Assembly: GCA_024762975.1 (NCBI GenBank) | Contig: JANTGJ010000003.1 | Span: forward strand, 2,736-66,735 | Direction: 5' to 3' | Length of the DNA stretch: 64,000 nt | Origin: Candidatus Krumholzibacteriia bacterium | GTDB lineage: Bacteria; Krumholzibacteriota; Krumholzibacteriia; LZORAL124-64-63 | Shown here: piece by piece, positions 30,201-38,809 of the stretch | How positions within the stretch are numbered: the stretch's first letter is position 1 | How the letters are laid out: each line of letters starts with the position of its first letter | Made by a program: the position numbers and the translations under genes | The notes under the pieces: generated by a model | What the model saw: the letters and a program-made list of their open reading frames with translations, nothing else | Told to the model about the DNA's origin: nothing | The model's database searches: none

Positions 30201-31764
30201 CTTCGGCCACGATGTGCGAGCCGCCGCCGATGGCGGTGATCCACGAACCGGGAGCGATGCCGTCCAGGGTGAGGGCCTGCGTGATCGCATGGGCCTCGGT
30301 GTCCTGGTAGTAGACGTAGCCCGCTGCGTCCGGGCGGAAGTTGAAGTTGCGGACGTTGTAGCCATAGCTGGTCACAACCGTGTTCGTGTTGAACAGTCCG
30401 AACTCGTCCTGCGTAAAGACAACGCCCTCGCCGAAGCTGCAACTGGCACCGTCGATCGTCACATCGGACGAGCCGCGGCCCAGATACGGGAGATCAGAGC
30501 AGTAGATGGCCAGGCTGCCCCAGGCATTGTCGAGGGTCGTGATGTTGTCGATTGCCGCTCCGGCCACGCCCGTGACCTGCAGGCCGTTGCCGCCCCACGA
30601 ATCGCTGGCCGTCAGATGGCTGAGCACGACATTATTGAAACCGTGAATGTCGAAACAGGTACGCCGGTGGGCGCCGCTGATCGTCATATACTGCAAAGTC
30701 AGATTGTCGAAACCCAACGGCGGATTGCTGGTGCCGCTGGCATGAATCGGATAGTTGATGTTTGCGGCGTCGGCTAAAAGCGTAAAGTGTTCCAGAGTCA
30801 CGTCGCTGGCAGCGACATTCATGCCGTATCCGCCCGCCGCCGGAATCTGGACCCGGACTCCGTCCTCGCTCTCACCGCGCAACGTGAGCGGGATCGAGAC
30901 GTTCAGCGTGGACGGCGGAAAATAGTAGCCGTCGTTGATCTCGATCACGTCGTAGGGCGCAGCCGCCGACAGGGCCGCTTCGATGGTCGCGTAGTAGAGG
31001 TCCTGGGTGACGTTGTGGACATCGACCGAGGAGGACACGTAGTAGCCGTCCACGATAAACCCGTCGCCGCCGGTGACATAGTTGGCGGCCGTGTCGCCGA
31101 AGACCCAGGTGTAGCCGTGGGCAATGTCGGTACCCAGCTCATCGGGCGCTCCGCTGCCCACTCCGTTGGCCCCATCCTGGATGTAGGCCGCCGAGGGGGG
31201 GGAGATGATCAGATCGGCCACATCGGCGAAGCGCAGATCCGAGACGCCGTCCCAGCCATTGCCGGTGGCGTGCGCGGCAACCCAGCTGGTGCCCGGCGTG
31301 CCGCCGCTGGAGCCGGTCACCTCGTATACCTTGCACCGCCGGGTGCTGAGAGTCGCCCAATCGGGCACGTCCCAGCGGTCGGCGGCCCATTCGGCATCCG
31401 AAGGTTCGTTGGCCAGGACCGCGTACTGGCCCAGTCCGTTGGTGACCCAGATGTTGAAGTAGGGGCCATAGAGCGAGCCACTCGAAGCGACATCGTCCAG
31501 GCGATCAATGTGCAGTGCATTGATCTGGTCGATCCGTGCGCCATTGATCAGATCGGTTGCCAGCCCGACTTTCTGGCCGGACTCGGTGGTTCCGACTTCG
31601 ATCGCGTCGATCACGTAGTCGTCGTTGTCGACGATGAATGGAGCTTCGGTCGCACCTTCGCGAATGACGAAGACCGACCATCCCGTATCCACCACGGGCG
31701 CCTGGCCGAGCGCCGCACCGGCGCCGAGGGTCAACAGGATCAGGCTTAAAAGTAGTTTCTTCAT
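27262..31764 (-). CDS. Large (1500 aa) secreted protein: parallel beta-helix region, cohesin-like, FN3-like, dockerin-like and FlgD-Ig domains
   Basis: MKKLLLS signal; YATIEAAL / GIQFAIDGA beta-helix caps; NWWGHASGP; PPDAVTDISAEPGHNKVNVSW; GDVYGD...NGEVDPFD and DSIVNFEDL; YPNPFNP tail. Confidence 0.8.
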   Translation of the reverse strand: MKKLLLSLILLTLGAGAALGQAPVVDTGWSVFVIREGATEAPFIVDNDDYVIDAIEVGTTESGQKVGLATDLINGARIDQINALHIDRLDDVASSGSLYGPYFNIWVTNGLGQYAVLANEPSDAEWAADRWDVPDWATLSTRRCKVYEVTGSSGGTPGTSWVAAHATGNGWDGVSDLRFADVADLIISPPSAAYIQDGANGVGSGAPDELGTDIAHGYTWVFGDTAANYVTGGDGFIVDGYYVSSSVDVHNVTQDLYYATIEAALSAAAPYDVIEINDGYYFPPSTLNVSIPLTLRGESEDGVRVQIPAAGGYGMNVAASDVTLEHFTLLADAANINYPIHASGTSNPPLGFDNLTLQYMTISGAHRRTCFDIHGFNNVVLSHLTASDSWGGNGLQVTGVAGAAIDNITTLDNAWGSLAIYCSDLPYLGRGSSDVTIDGASCSFGEGVVFTQDEFGLFNTNTVVTSYGYNVRNFNFRPDAAGYVYYQDTEAHAITQALTLDGIAPGSWITAIGGGSHIVAEGMGIQFAIDGAAAGDLISVRTGHFEEQLLVTTPNLTISGAGSGSTFIDSPATLANSFTTSADNHAVVGVVGVGGVNFADLTVDGLGRGNANSRFLGFGFYNAGGSLTNVQILNIMDTPFSGAQHGVGAYVYTDNGGPHQMDMTDVQVLDFQKTAVALAGAGLTGDLLRVDTFGQGPTDVTAQNGIQVGYEAVVNVNDCTATGMAYTGGSWSASGMLAVGDGLAYFDGCTLDGCQTSIYFSDGGGSFNNGSVINPVGDALYAYSGGAKAGDGDTPLPAQPYDSNGSQAGKAPIVVSIDGSTFTGTGATDSWGPTAYGSGPVTFSITNSTVTNWDWGVVYYDFGGLVLNASGTGNEIFGNTTYGAYSNAVEVADMIGNWWGHASGPLHLLANPFGEGNEVSDNILFDPWTGMAGGDIVPVTTGPLNCGQTVTLTFSFTADDYTPDMFLYNAVVSATPGLDFGLVEDLEPFGDVNNTFFALSTGTNQWTITGSTVGNPTFPVTGAGTTDLFRITFSATGNVVGDVVFDSLTLRDPDNNTIPVALTGATITYDCTPPDAVTDISAEPGHNKVNVSWTHDGSDVAYYRIYRGLWHDGTVGTSAYPEYDDQAPATPSVRPVSPAAANLDPEWVLAGTVAVGSNTYTDNFSYGPNSRGIYTYEVFAEDAAGNVSAAAPTNDRATNYWLGDVYGDSSVDPVPNGEVDPFDMNELAASFGTVIGHNDPEGVLDVGPTDDMSRLGIPTTDSIVNFEDLMVFAMNFGVVAAAKADAPQDKSIDLAWVDLQDGSYALRLVSGDALKGLRLRGDLPVTAVTAGDLLAEQPSATFLQNVGEKLDANLAVMGLNRTFAGEGDLLIVRTGAPVDPASLTIVARGVDNREIQYALDRTSGTALPSVFALHGNYPNPFNPKTTIRFDLPEAQTVRMTVYGVDGRKIATLLDEVRGRGAHDVVWYGRDDAGKSVASGTYFFRIEAGPYSQVRKMTLMK

Positions 31765-32117
31765 GAATTCTCCCCCAGACAATTCGTAGTTCGTAATGGT
31801 TCGTGAGGTCGGGGTCCCGGTGTCGAATCCAGCCAGGAATGGCTGGAAAAACCGCCGGGTAGTTGCGGGTCCCGCGGGCGAGAGCAGCCCCTCGAACAAC
31901 TGGAATGGCAGTGGCTGGGCATCCCCCCTTCTCGGTCTCCGATGCGGGCCGTGTCACCCGGGAAGAAGACTCGATGGGTACCGGTAACGCACAGGCTGTG
32001 CGGCCGGCACGACACTGGATCCATACGATTCGACGTTTGGCGGACAAAGGAATCTGCGTGGCCCGGACGAGGGGGCCGAGGGGCGAGGGGCCGATCCTCT
32101 CAGATCTCCGGCAATTT

Positions 32118-32143
32118 GTCAAGCCGGTGGGTCAAGCCGGTGG
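32118..32143. repeat. 13-bp tandem direct repeat (2 copies)
   Basis: GTCAAGCCGGTGG twice. On the minus strand the downstream copy extends into TTGACA. Confidence 0.7.
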
Positions 32144-32148
32144 GCTCC

Positions 32149-33582
32149 TCAGCGGAAGATCTCGATGTGTTTCCACTTGCCTGACTGGAAGCGTATCCAG
32201 AGCGCCAGCCCGGAAAAGAGATAGATCGCCGCCGCGCCGATCCAGGCGCTGACAACGTTGCCGTTCATGCGCACGATCAGCAGCCAGGTCAGTGGAATGA
32301 ACCCGCCGATCATCGTGACGACCATCGTCAGCATCGGGTAGCGCGTATCACCGGCTCCCTGCAGGATGCCCGAACCGAGCATCCGAACACCATCGAAGTA
32401 CTGGAAGATCGCGGCGGTGATCGTCAAGCTGGCACCCAGCACCAGCACCTGCGGATCGTTGGTGAAGATTCGGAACACGTGTTCGCGCGTGGCGATCAGG
32501 ATCAATGCCAGAACCAGCGAATAGTAGCCGCCCAGTTTGAAGGCCTGGCGGCCATAGTGTTCGGCCTGATTCGGGTCTTTCGCGCCGATCCAGTTGCCGG
32601 TCAGTACGCTCGCCGCGGTGGTCAGGCCCCACAGCGGCATGAACGAGAAGCTGAGAACCTGGATGGTGATCTGCGAAGCCGCCAGCGGAACCGCGCCGGT
32701 CGTACCGACAAATACGGTGAACAGCAGGAAGCCGAGCATGTCCACGAAGCCCTCCCAGGCCGCGGGCAGCCCCACCCGCACCAGATTGACGATGGCCCGC
32801 GGATCGGGGTGGCGGACCCGGTGCAGGGCGTACCGCCGGCGCAGATGCGGCGCCAGCGCCCAGCCGGTCAGTGCGGCTGCGTTGACCAGGACACTGACGC
32901 TGGTGCCGATCGCGGCCCCCTTGACCCCGAGGGCGGGCACAGCCAGCCAGGTCCGTCCACCCAGTTCGATCCCGCTGAAACCGAAGATCAGCCAGATATC
33001 CAGGATCAGGTTGATCGCATTGGCCAGGATGCCCGCGTACATCGGGACTTTGACATCCCGGCGACCCTGGAAAAAGCCCATCAAAGCAAAGGTCAGTTGC
33101 GTGAAAACCGCGCTCATGCTGCGCCACTTGATATAGAGGAAGGTCGACTCCTGCACTTCGATCGGATTGCGGGTCCAGGGCAGGATCAGGTCGCTGTGGT
33201 AGCCCACAAATTGCAGGACCAGTCCGCTGAACAGGGCGATATAGATCCCCTGCCAGGTATAGTGCGAAACCGCTTCGTCGTCCTGACGGCCATGGGACTG
33301 CGAAACGAAGGTCCCGGTGATCCGGCTGAGATTGTTGAACAGCGAGTAGGTCGCCCAGGTCAGCATGCCGCCCAATCCGGCGGCGGCAAGCGCCACGGAA
33401 TTGACCCGGCCGAGCAAAGCGGTGTCGACCGTCCACATCAACGTCTGCGACAGCATGGTCAGGATCGTGGGCGAGGCCAAGCCCATGATTTCGCCCAAAT
33501 GGTCCACACGAAAAACACCCCAGCGGGATCGATTCCCATTCGGTGCCGGGGGGCTTGCGCTGCGCTGATCGTGCGACATCAT
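32149..33582 (-). CDS. MATE family efflux transporter
   Basis: VDTALLGR, GFFQGR.D.K.PM, LGVKGAAIGT, ILQGAGDTRYPM, RFQSGKW. Confidence 0.92.
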   Translation of the reverse strand: MMSHDQRSASPPAPNGNRSRWGVFRVDHLGEIMGLASPTILTMLSQTLMWTVDTALLGRVNSVALAAAGLGGMLTWATYSLFNNLSRITGTFVSQSHGRQDDEAVSHYTWQGIYIALFSGLVLQFVGYHSDLILPWTRNPIEVQESTFLYIKWRSMSAVFTQLTFALMGFFQGRRDVKVPMYAGILANAINLILDIWLIFGFSGIELGGRTWLAVPALGVKGAAIGTSVSVLVNAAALTGWALAPHLRRRYALHRVRHPDPRAIVNLVRVGLPAAWEGFVDMLGFLLFTVFVGTTGAVPLAASQITIQVLSFSFMPLWGLTTAASVLTGNWIGAKDPNQAEHYGRQAFKLGGYYSLVLALILIATREHVFRIFTNDPQVLVLGASLTITAAIFQYFDGVRMLGSGILQGAGDTRYPMLTMVVTMIGGFIPLTWLLIVRMNGNVVSAWIGAAAIYLFSGLALWIRFQSGKWKHIEIFR

Positions 33583-33646
33583 TCATCCTGATGGTTGAGG
33601 TTCGGGGAAGGTAGCCGTTATTGTCGGGAAACCAAAGTACTGTCTC

Positions 33647-35023
33647 TTGATCGATCCGGGATGCCGCTGGGCCCCGGCCGGAGGTAACGACCTGACCCGC
33701 CAATTGCCGTCCGACTACGTTTCCCTGCGGGGAACGGTTGCTGTTCCGGGTGATAAATCCGTTTCGCACCGCGTCGCGTTGATGAGTTTGCTTGCCGGGG
33801 GGGGCTGCCGCGCAACGGGGTGGCTGGCGAGTGCCGACACGCTGGCCAGCCTGGAGGCCGTACGCGCTTTGGGGGCTCGCGTCCTCCACCGCGGGGCCGA
33901 AATCCAGATTGAACCGCCGACCGCGCCGCCGGTATCGGGTGAGATCCGGATCGATTGCGGGAACAGCGGCACGACCGCGCGCCTGCTGTGCGGGCTGCTG
34001 GCTGGGTGGTTGTTGCCCGGCGGAGCCTCCGTGGTGCTTACCGGCGACGATTCGCTCTCCGGTCGCCCGATGGCCCGCGTCATCGATCCACTGCGCCGAA
34101 TGGGGGCCCTCATCGACGAACTCGATCACGGCCCGCATCTGCCGCTGAGGATTCGCGGTGCCCGGCTTGCCGGCGGTGAATTCGATCTGGCGGTGGCCTC
34201 GGCGCAGGTGAAATCGGCCCTCCTGCTGGCGGGAGTCGCAGCAGAAGTTGAGGTCACCGTGCGGGGGGCCGGCGGGTCGCGCGATCATTCCGAGCGCCTG
34301 CTGCGGGGCATGGGAGTATCCGTCGACTTCGATGCTGGCGGAGATCCGGTGCATCTGTTCGGCCCATTTGAACCGAAGCCTTTCGACCAGCCCGTTCCGG
34401 GCGATCCCTCTTCGGCTGCGTTCTGGCAGGTGGCTGCCGCTCTGGTGCCGGATTCGGAGGTCACGATCAGCGGCCAGTCTCTGAATCCCGGTCGTACCGG
34501 AGCGCTGGAGGTACTGCGCCGGGCCGGTGTCCATCTGACGGTCACGGAAACGGGCGGCCAGGAAAGTGAACCGACGGGCGATGTCGTCGTGCGCGGCGGG
34601 GATCTGCAGGCCTTCCGGATCAGCGCGCCCGAGGTCCCCGGCCTGATCGACGAGTTGCCGATCCTGGCCGTATTGGCCACGCAATGTGAAGGGAAGACGC
34701 AGATCCGCGGTGCGGCGGATCTACGGGTCAAGGAGTCGGACCGCATTGCGGCGATGGGCTCGCAGCTGCGCCGGCTCGGGGCGGATGTCGAGGACCGCGT
34801 CGACGGCTGGTGCATCACCGGCCCGACGCCACTGGCTGCGGCCGCCGACCTGCCGGCCTTCGTCACCGGCGGGGACCACCGGATCGCGATGGCCCTGACC
34901 ATTGCCGGCCTCATCGCCGCAGGAGAAACGAAACTGGACGATCCCGATTGCGTGGCCGTATCTTACCCGGAATTCTTCAACGATCTGGCCTCACTGCAGG
35001 GCCGGGCGAACGGGACGGAATGA
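33647..35023 (+). CDS. aroA: 3-phosphoshikimate 1-carboxyvinyltransferase (EPSP synthase)
   Basis: PGDKSVSHR, DCGNSGTT, ASAQVKSA, LRVKESDR, DHRIAM, VSYPEF. Exact start uncertain. Confidence 0.95.
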   Translation: MIDPGCRWAPAGGNDLTRQLPSDYVSLRGTVAVPGDKSVSHRVALMSLLAGGGCRATGWLASADTLASLEAVRALGARVLHRGAEIQIEPPTAPPVSGEIRIDCGNSGTTARLLCGLLAGWLLPGGASVVLTGDDSLSGRPMARVIDPLRRMGALIDELDHGPHLPLRIRGARLAGGEFDLAVASAQVKSALLLAGVAAEVEVTVRGAGGSRDHSERLLRGMGVSVDFDAGGDPVHLFGPFEPKPFDQPVPGDPSSAAFWQVAAALVPDSEVTISGQSLNPGRTGALEVLRRAGVHLTVTETGGQESEPTGDVVVRGGDLQAFRISAPEVPGLIDELPILAVLATQCEGKTQIRGAADLRVKESDRIAAMGSQLRRLGADVEDRVDGWCITGPTPLAAAADLPAFVTGGDHRIAMALTIAGLIAAGETKLDDPDCVAVSYPEFFNDLASLQGRANGTE

Positions 35024-36294
35024 TCATGGCTGCCACCCCGAAAGTCGACACCGGATTCCCCAGCTTCCTCGAAGAGATGAAGTGGCGCGGATTCTTCGAG
35101 CAGTGCACCGACGAGGCGAATCTGGGCAAGCTGCTGGAAGAGGAGGTCGTCACCGGCTATATCGGTTTCGATCCGACCGCCGACAGTCTGCACATCGGCT
35201 CGCTGCTGCCGATCATGGGGCTGGTGCATCTGCAACGTCACGGCCATCGCCCGATCGCGATCGCCGGCGGCGGCACGGCCATGGTCGGGGACCCGAGCGG
35301 CAAGTCCGAGCTGCGGCAGATGCTGACGCTGGAGAAGATCGAGGAAAACCTTACCGGGATCAGGGCGCAGTTGGCGCACTTTGTCGAGTTCGGTGAAGGC
35401 TCGACCGACGGTATCATGGTCAACAACGCCGATTGGCTGAAGGACTATGGCTACATCGAATTCCTGCGCGACGTCGGACGCTTTTTCAGCGTGAATCAGA
35501 TGCTGACCCGCGATTCGGTCAAGACCCGCCTGGAAAAGGGCCTCTCGTTCATCGAGTTCAACTACATGATCCTGCAGGCCTATGATTTTATGGTCCTCAA
35601 TCGCGATCACGGCTGCCGGTTGCAGATGGGCGGCAATGATCAGTGGGGCAATATCTGTTCGGGTATCGACCTGTGCCGCCGCTTCAACCAGAACGAGGTC
35701 TATGGCCTGACCTTCCCGTTGCTGATGACCGCTTCGGGGCAGAAGATGGGCAAGACCGCCGATGGCGCGGTGTGGCTGGCCGCCGAGCGCACGAAACCGT
35801 TCGACTTCTTTCAATACTGGGTCAATGTGGACGACCGCGATATCCCGCGTTTTCTGCGTCTGTACACCCTGCTGTCGCGCGAACGCATCGAGGAGCTCGA
35901 GAAACTCGAGGGAGCGGACATTCGCGAAGCGAAAAAGATACTGGCCTATGAGGTCACGTCGCTGGTCCACGGACCTGCCCAGGCCGATGCGGCGGCCAAG
36001 GCGACCGCGGCGTTGTTCGGTGGCGCAGCCGACGCGAGCACCGTGCCCCGCAGTACACGGCCGAAGACCGATCTGGATGGTGACGGACTGTCGCTGCTGG
36101 AGGCCCTGGTCGATTCGGGCCTGTTGAAGTCCAAGGGCGAAGCGCGCCGCATGATCCGCCAGAATGCCGTACGCGTCAATGGCGAGCTCATTGCCGATGA
36201 GATGCGCGCGCTCCGGGAAAACGACGTGGCGGACGGTCGCATCCAGCTGCAGGTCGGCAAGAAGAAGCACCACCATCTGGTGATCGAGAGCTGA
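35020..36294 (+). CDS. tyrS: Tyrosine--tRNA ligase
   Basis: YIGFDPTADSLHIGS, QMGGNDQWGN, KMGKT, C-terminal S4 domain. ATG overlaps the aroA stop (ATGA). Confidence 0.97.
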   Translation: MIMAATPKVDTGFPSFLEEMKWRGFFEQCTDEANLGKLLEEEVVTGYIGFDPTADSLHIGSLLPIMGLVHLQRHGHRPIAIAGGGTAMVGDPSGKSELRQMLTLEKIEENLTGIRAQLAHFVEFGEGSTDGIMVNNADWLKDYGYIEFLRDVGRFFSVNQMLTRDSVKTRLEKGLSFIEFNYMILQAYDFMVLNRDHGCRLQMGGNDQWGNICSGIDLCRRFNQNEVYGLTFPLLMTASGQKMGKTADGAVWLAAERTKPFDFFQYWVNVDDRDIPRFLRLYTLLSRERIEELEKLEGADIREAKKILAYEVTSLVHGPAQADAAAKATAALFGGAADASTVPRSTRPKTDLDGDGLSLLEALVDSGLLKSKGEARRMIRQNAVRVNGELIADEMRALRENDVADGRIQLQVGKKKHHHLVIES

Positions 36295-36328
36295 CCCGTC
36301 TCCTCGATTTTCCCCTCGATCCACTCTG

Positions 36329-36370
36329 CGGGACCTGTAGACGCCGTCTGCGGGTCCCGTACTCGTTTTT
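36329..36370 (+). terminator. Probable terminator after tyrS
   Basis: CGGGACCTGTAGAC-GCC-GTCTGCGGGTCCCG stem (with G-U pairs), T-run shortly after. Confidence 0.55.
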
Positions 36371-36385
36371 ACAGATCAAACCGTA

Positions 36386-36412
36386 TCAACCGGATCCGGC
36401 GAATTCCGATAT
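36386..36412 (+). promoter_or_regulatory. Possible sigma28 (FliA)-type promoter
   Basis: TCAA-N15-TCCGATAT versus consensus TAAA-N15-GCCGATAA, upstream of the HDOD gene. Confidence 0.4.
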
Positions 36413-36512
36413 CCCATTCATCGGGTTGCCCAGACCCGGTACCGAGCCCTCCCGGGGTTCACCTGGACGCCCCGGGAGGGACATCGAACTCTTCGCTAGG
36501 AGCCGATCGCCC

Positions 36513-37394
36513 ATGCCTTCCCTGCAGGATCTGATCGCCGCGTCGCCCCGTGTGGGTGCCCGGCCCGAATCGGTCGTCTCCCTGATGGAGATTATCGATG
36601 ATCCCGTGGTGGAGGTCGCCAAGCTCCTTCCGATCGTGGAAAAGGACCCGGTGCTGACCGCGGGCCTGCTGAAACTGTGCAACTCGCCCATCTACAACTT
36701 CAAGCGCAGGATCGGCAGCCCGCGGGAAGCCCTGGTTCTCGTCGGAAATCTCACCTTCGCGCGGATGTGTTTTACGCTCAGCATGCGGCCGGTTCTGGAA
36801 CGGGATCTGCCCGGCTATCAGCTGGGGCTGGACGAGCTGTGGCGGCACTGCCTGGGTACAGCCTACGGTGCGGCCTTCCTGGTCAAGGCCAGCGGTCACC
36901 CCGAACTGCGCGACCGGGCATTCACCGCCGGATTGTTGCACGACATCGGCAAGCTGGTGCTGGATACGGATCTACAGACCGTCGTTTGCGAGCCCGTGCT
37001 GGTCGGTACAGGAGGAAGTGCACGTGTCCGGACCCAGAATCGACTTCGTATCACTTCGGATATCGAGCGTCGGCAGACCGGATTCGACCACGCCGAGGCG
37101 GGCGCCGCTTTGCTGGAGGGGTGGAATTTCCCCGAGGATCTGGTCGATGCCGTTCGCTGGCATCATGACCCCACTGAGGCGGATCACCAACGCCTGGCGC
37201 GCGCGGTCCACATAGCGGATCAGGTCGTGCGATTTTCGACCAAATTGCGCTCCAGTTCGCGGATGCTCGAGTTGTGGGTCGAACGCCGGTTCCAGGACAG
37301 TGCCTACCCGCTGGCGAGTATCGTCGAGTTGGCCGAAACGCTCGCCCTGAAGCATCGGAACATACTGACGCTGGCTACGGCTCCCAGATTCTGA
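36513..37394 (+). CDS. HDOD domain protein
   Basis: DPVLTAGLLKLCNSP, LWRHC, AFTAGLLHDIGKLVL, GFDHAEAGA.LLE.WNFP, RWHH. Confidence 0.92.
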   Translation: MPSLQDLIAASPRVGARPESVVSLMEIIDDPVVEVAKLLPIVEKDPVLTAGLLKLCNSPIYNFKRRIGSPREALVLVGNLTFARMCFTLSMRPVLERDLPGYQLGLDELWRHCLGTAYGAAFLVKASGHPELRDRAFTAGLLHDIGKLVLDTDLQTVVCEPVLVGTGGSARVRTQNRLRITSDIERRQTGFDHAEAGAALLEGWNFPEDLVDAVRWHHDPTEADHQRLARAVHIADQVVRFSTKLRSSSRMLELWVERRFQDSAYPLASIVELAETLALKHRNILTLATAPRF

Positions 37395-37530
37395 CCCCGG
37401 CCGATTCCCTTTTTTTCGATCCCCTCGATTGGCAGTCCGTACTTCGGATAGTACCTTGGGGGAACTCCCTGCCGACTCGCCGGTTGATGCGGGGACCCGA
37501 CTTGTTGTCACCCGATGGAAAGGAAGCGCA

Positions 37531-38730
37531 ATGCGCCGATTCACCTTTGCGATGCTCGTCCTGTTTGCCGGCGCCAGCGTCGCGTGGGCTGGTCCGAACG
37601 CCGAGTTCGACCGGGCCCTGGACCTCTCAACGCAGACTGCGGAGGCCCTGCAGTCCTACGATCTGGCGGCCACACTGCAGGTCAAGACCCTCGTCGCCGG
37701 TCAGGAAGACCCGATCGAGATGGAGGTCCATCTGCTCGGCGCCGCCCGTTGGCCCGATCGGATGCTCAGCTCCCAGGACAGTGAGATGTTTCGCGTAAAC
37801 GTGGGGGTCGGTGCCGATCAATCGTGGTTCCACCTCGGCCAGATGCAGGCCACGTATGTGGGGCCCGCGCGTCAGCTGTCGCGTGTCCTGGACCGGGCAG
37901 CGCAAGTTTCGCTGGAGGAGGAGGACCTGTTCAATTTCTACTCCGGCATCGGATCGTTCCTGCTCAACCGCAATCTGCAGGTCGAGCCGGGAACCGGCAC
38001 CGAGACGTTGACGGTGGATGGTCGTCAGATCAAGTGCCAGGTCTTCAACGCGCCGGCCGATCCGAACGTCGACCCGGCCGGAGGCATGGAGGGCGACAAG
38101 ACTTTCTGGTTCGATCCCGCATCGGGACTGGTGATCCAGGCTTCGATCCGCTCGCAGATGCAGCAGCAGGGGATGCAGATGGACCAACAGTTGACGTTCC
38201 GCCTGGACCGCTTTGAGCTCAATGGCAAGGTGCCCGAGGAGCGCTTCCAATACCAGCCGGGCCCCGATGAACGTGTGGTCTCGTCGCTGGACCGCGTGAT
38301 GAATCCCGATTCGCTGGTCGGCGAGCCCGCAGCCGACATCACTTTCACTGACTTCGAGGGTAAGTCCGTGCAGCTGGCCGATTACCGCGGCAAGGTCGTG
38401 TTCCTGGATTTCTGGGCCACCTGGTGCGGCCCGTGCAAGATGGAGATGCCTCACATCCAGGCTCTTCACGAGGAACTCGCAGCTTCGGGCCAGGTTGTTT
38501 TTCTGGGTGCCAGCAGCGAGGCTGCGGAGACGATCCAGGGCTTCCTGGCGAAGAACGGCTACAGCTTTCCGATCGTGATGGTGAAACAGGAAGACGCACA
38601 GAAAAAGTACAAGGTCTCGAGTATTCCGGCCGGTTTCGTGATCGATCGGGAGGGCGTGATCCGGGCACATCTGATCGGCGCCCAGTCCGAGGAGCAGTTG
38701 CGCAAGGCGCTGGCGAAGGCGGGCATCTAG
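37531..38730 (+). CDS. Exported TlpA-type thiol:disulfide oxidoreductase with N-terminal LolA-like domain
   Basis: Signal peptide; beta-rich N-terminal domain ending FQYQPGPD; C-terminal LDFWATWCGPC...IP..FVIDREG. Confidence 0.85.
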   Translation: MRRFTFAMLVLFAGASVAWAGPNAEFDRALDLSTQTAEALQSYDLAATLQVKTLVAGQEDPIEMEVHLLGAARWPDRMLSSQDSEMFRVNVGVGADQSWFHLGQMQATYVGPARQLSRVLDRAAQVSLEEEDLFNFYSGIGSFLLNRNLQVEPGTGTETLTVDGRQIKCQVFNAPADPNVDPAGGMEGDKTFWFDPASGLVIQASIRSQMQQQGMQMDQQLTFRLDRFELNGKVPEERFQYQPGPDERVVSSLDRVMNPDSLVGEPAADITFTDFEGKSVQLADYRGKVVFLDFWATWCGPCKMEMPHIQALHEELAASGQVVFLGASSEAAETIQGFLAKNGYSFPIVMVKQEDAQKKYKVSSIPAGFVIDREGVIRAHLIGAQSEEQLRKALAKAGI

Positions 38731-38751
38731 CGCCGGTTCGGATTTCCAATG

Positions 38752-38784
38752 AAGAGCCCGACGGTCCCGGACCGTCGGGCTCTT
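38752..38784. terminator. Hairpin terminator between convergent genes
   Basis: AAGAGCCCGACGGTC-CCG-GACCGTCGGGCTCTT, a perfect 15-bp stem. Confidence 0.8.
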
Positions 38785-38809
38785 ATGTTTTCCGAAACCG
38801 GGCCGCGGA

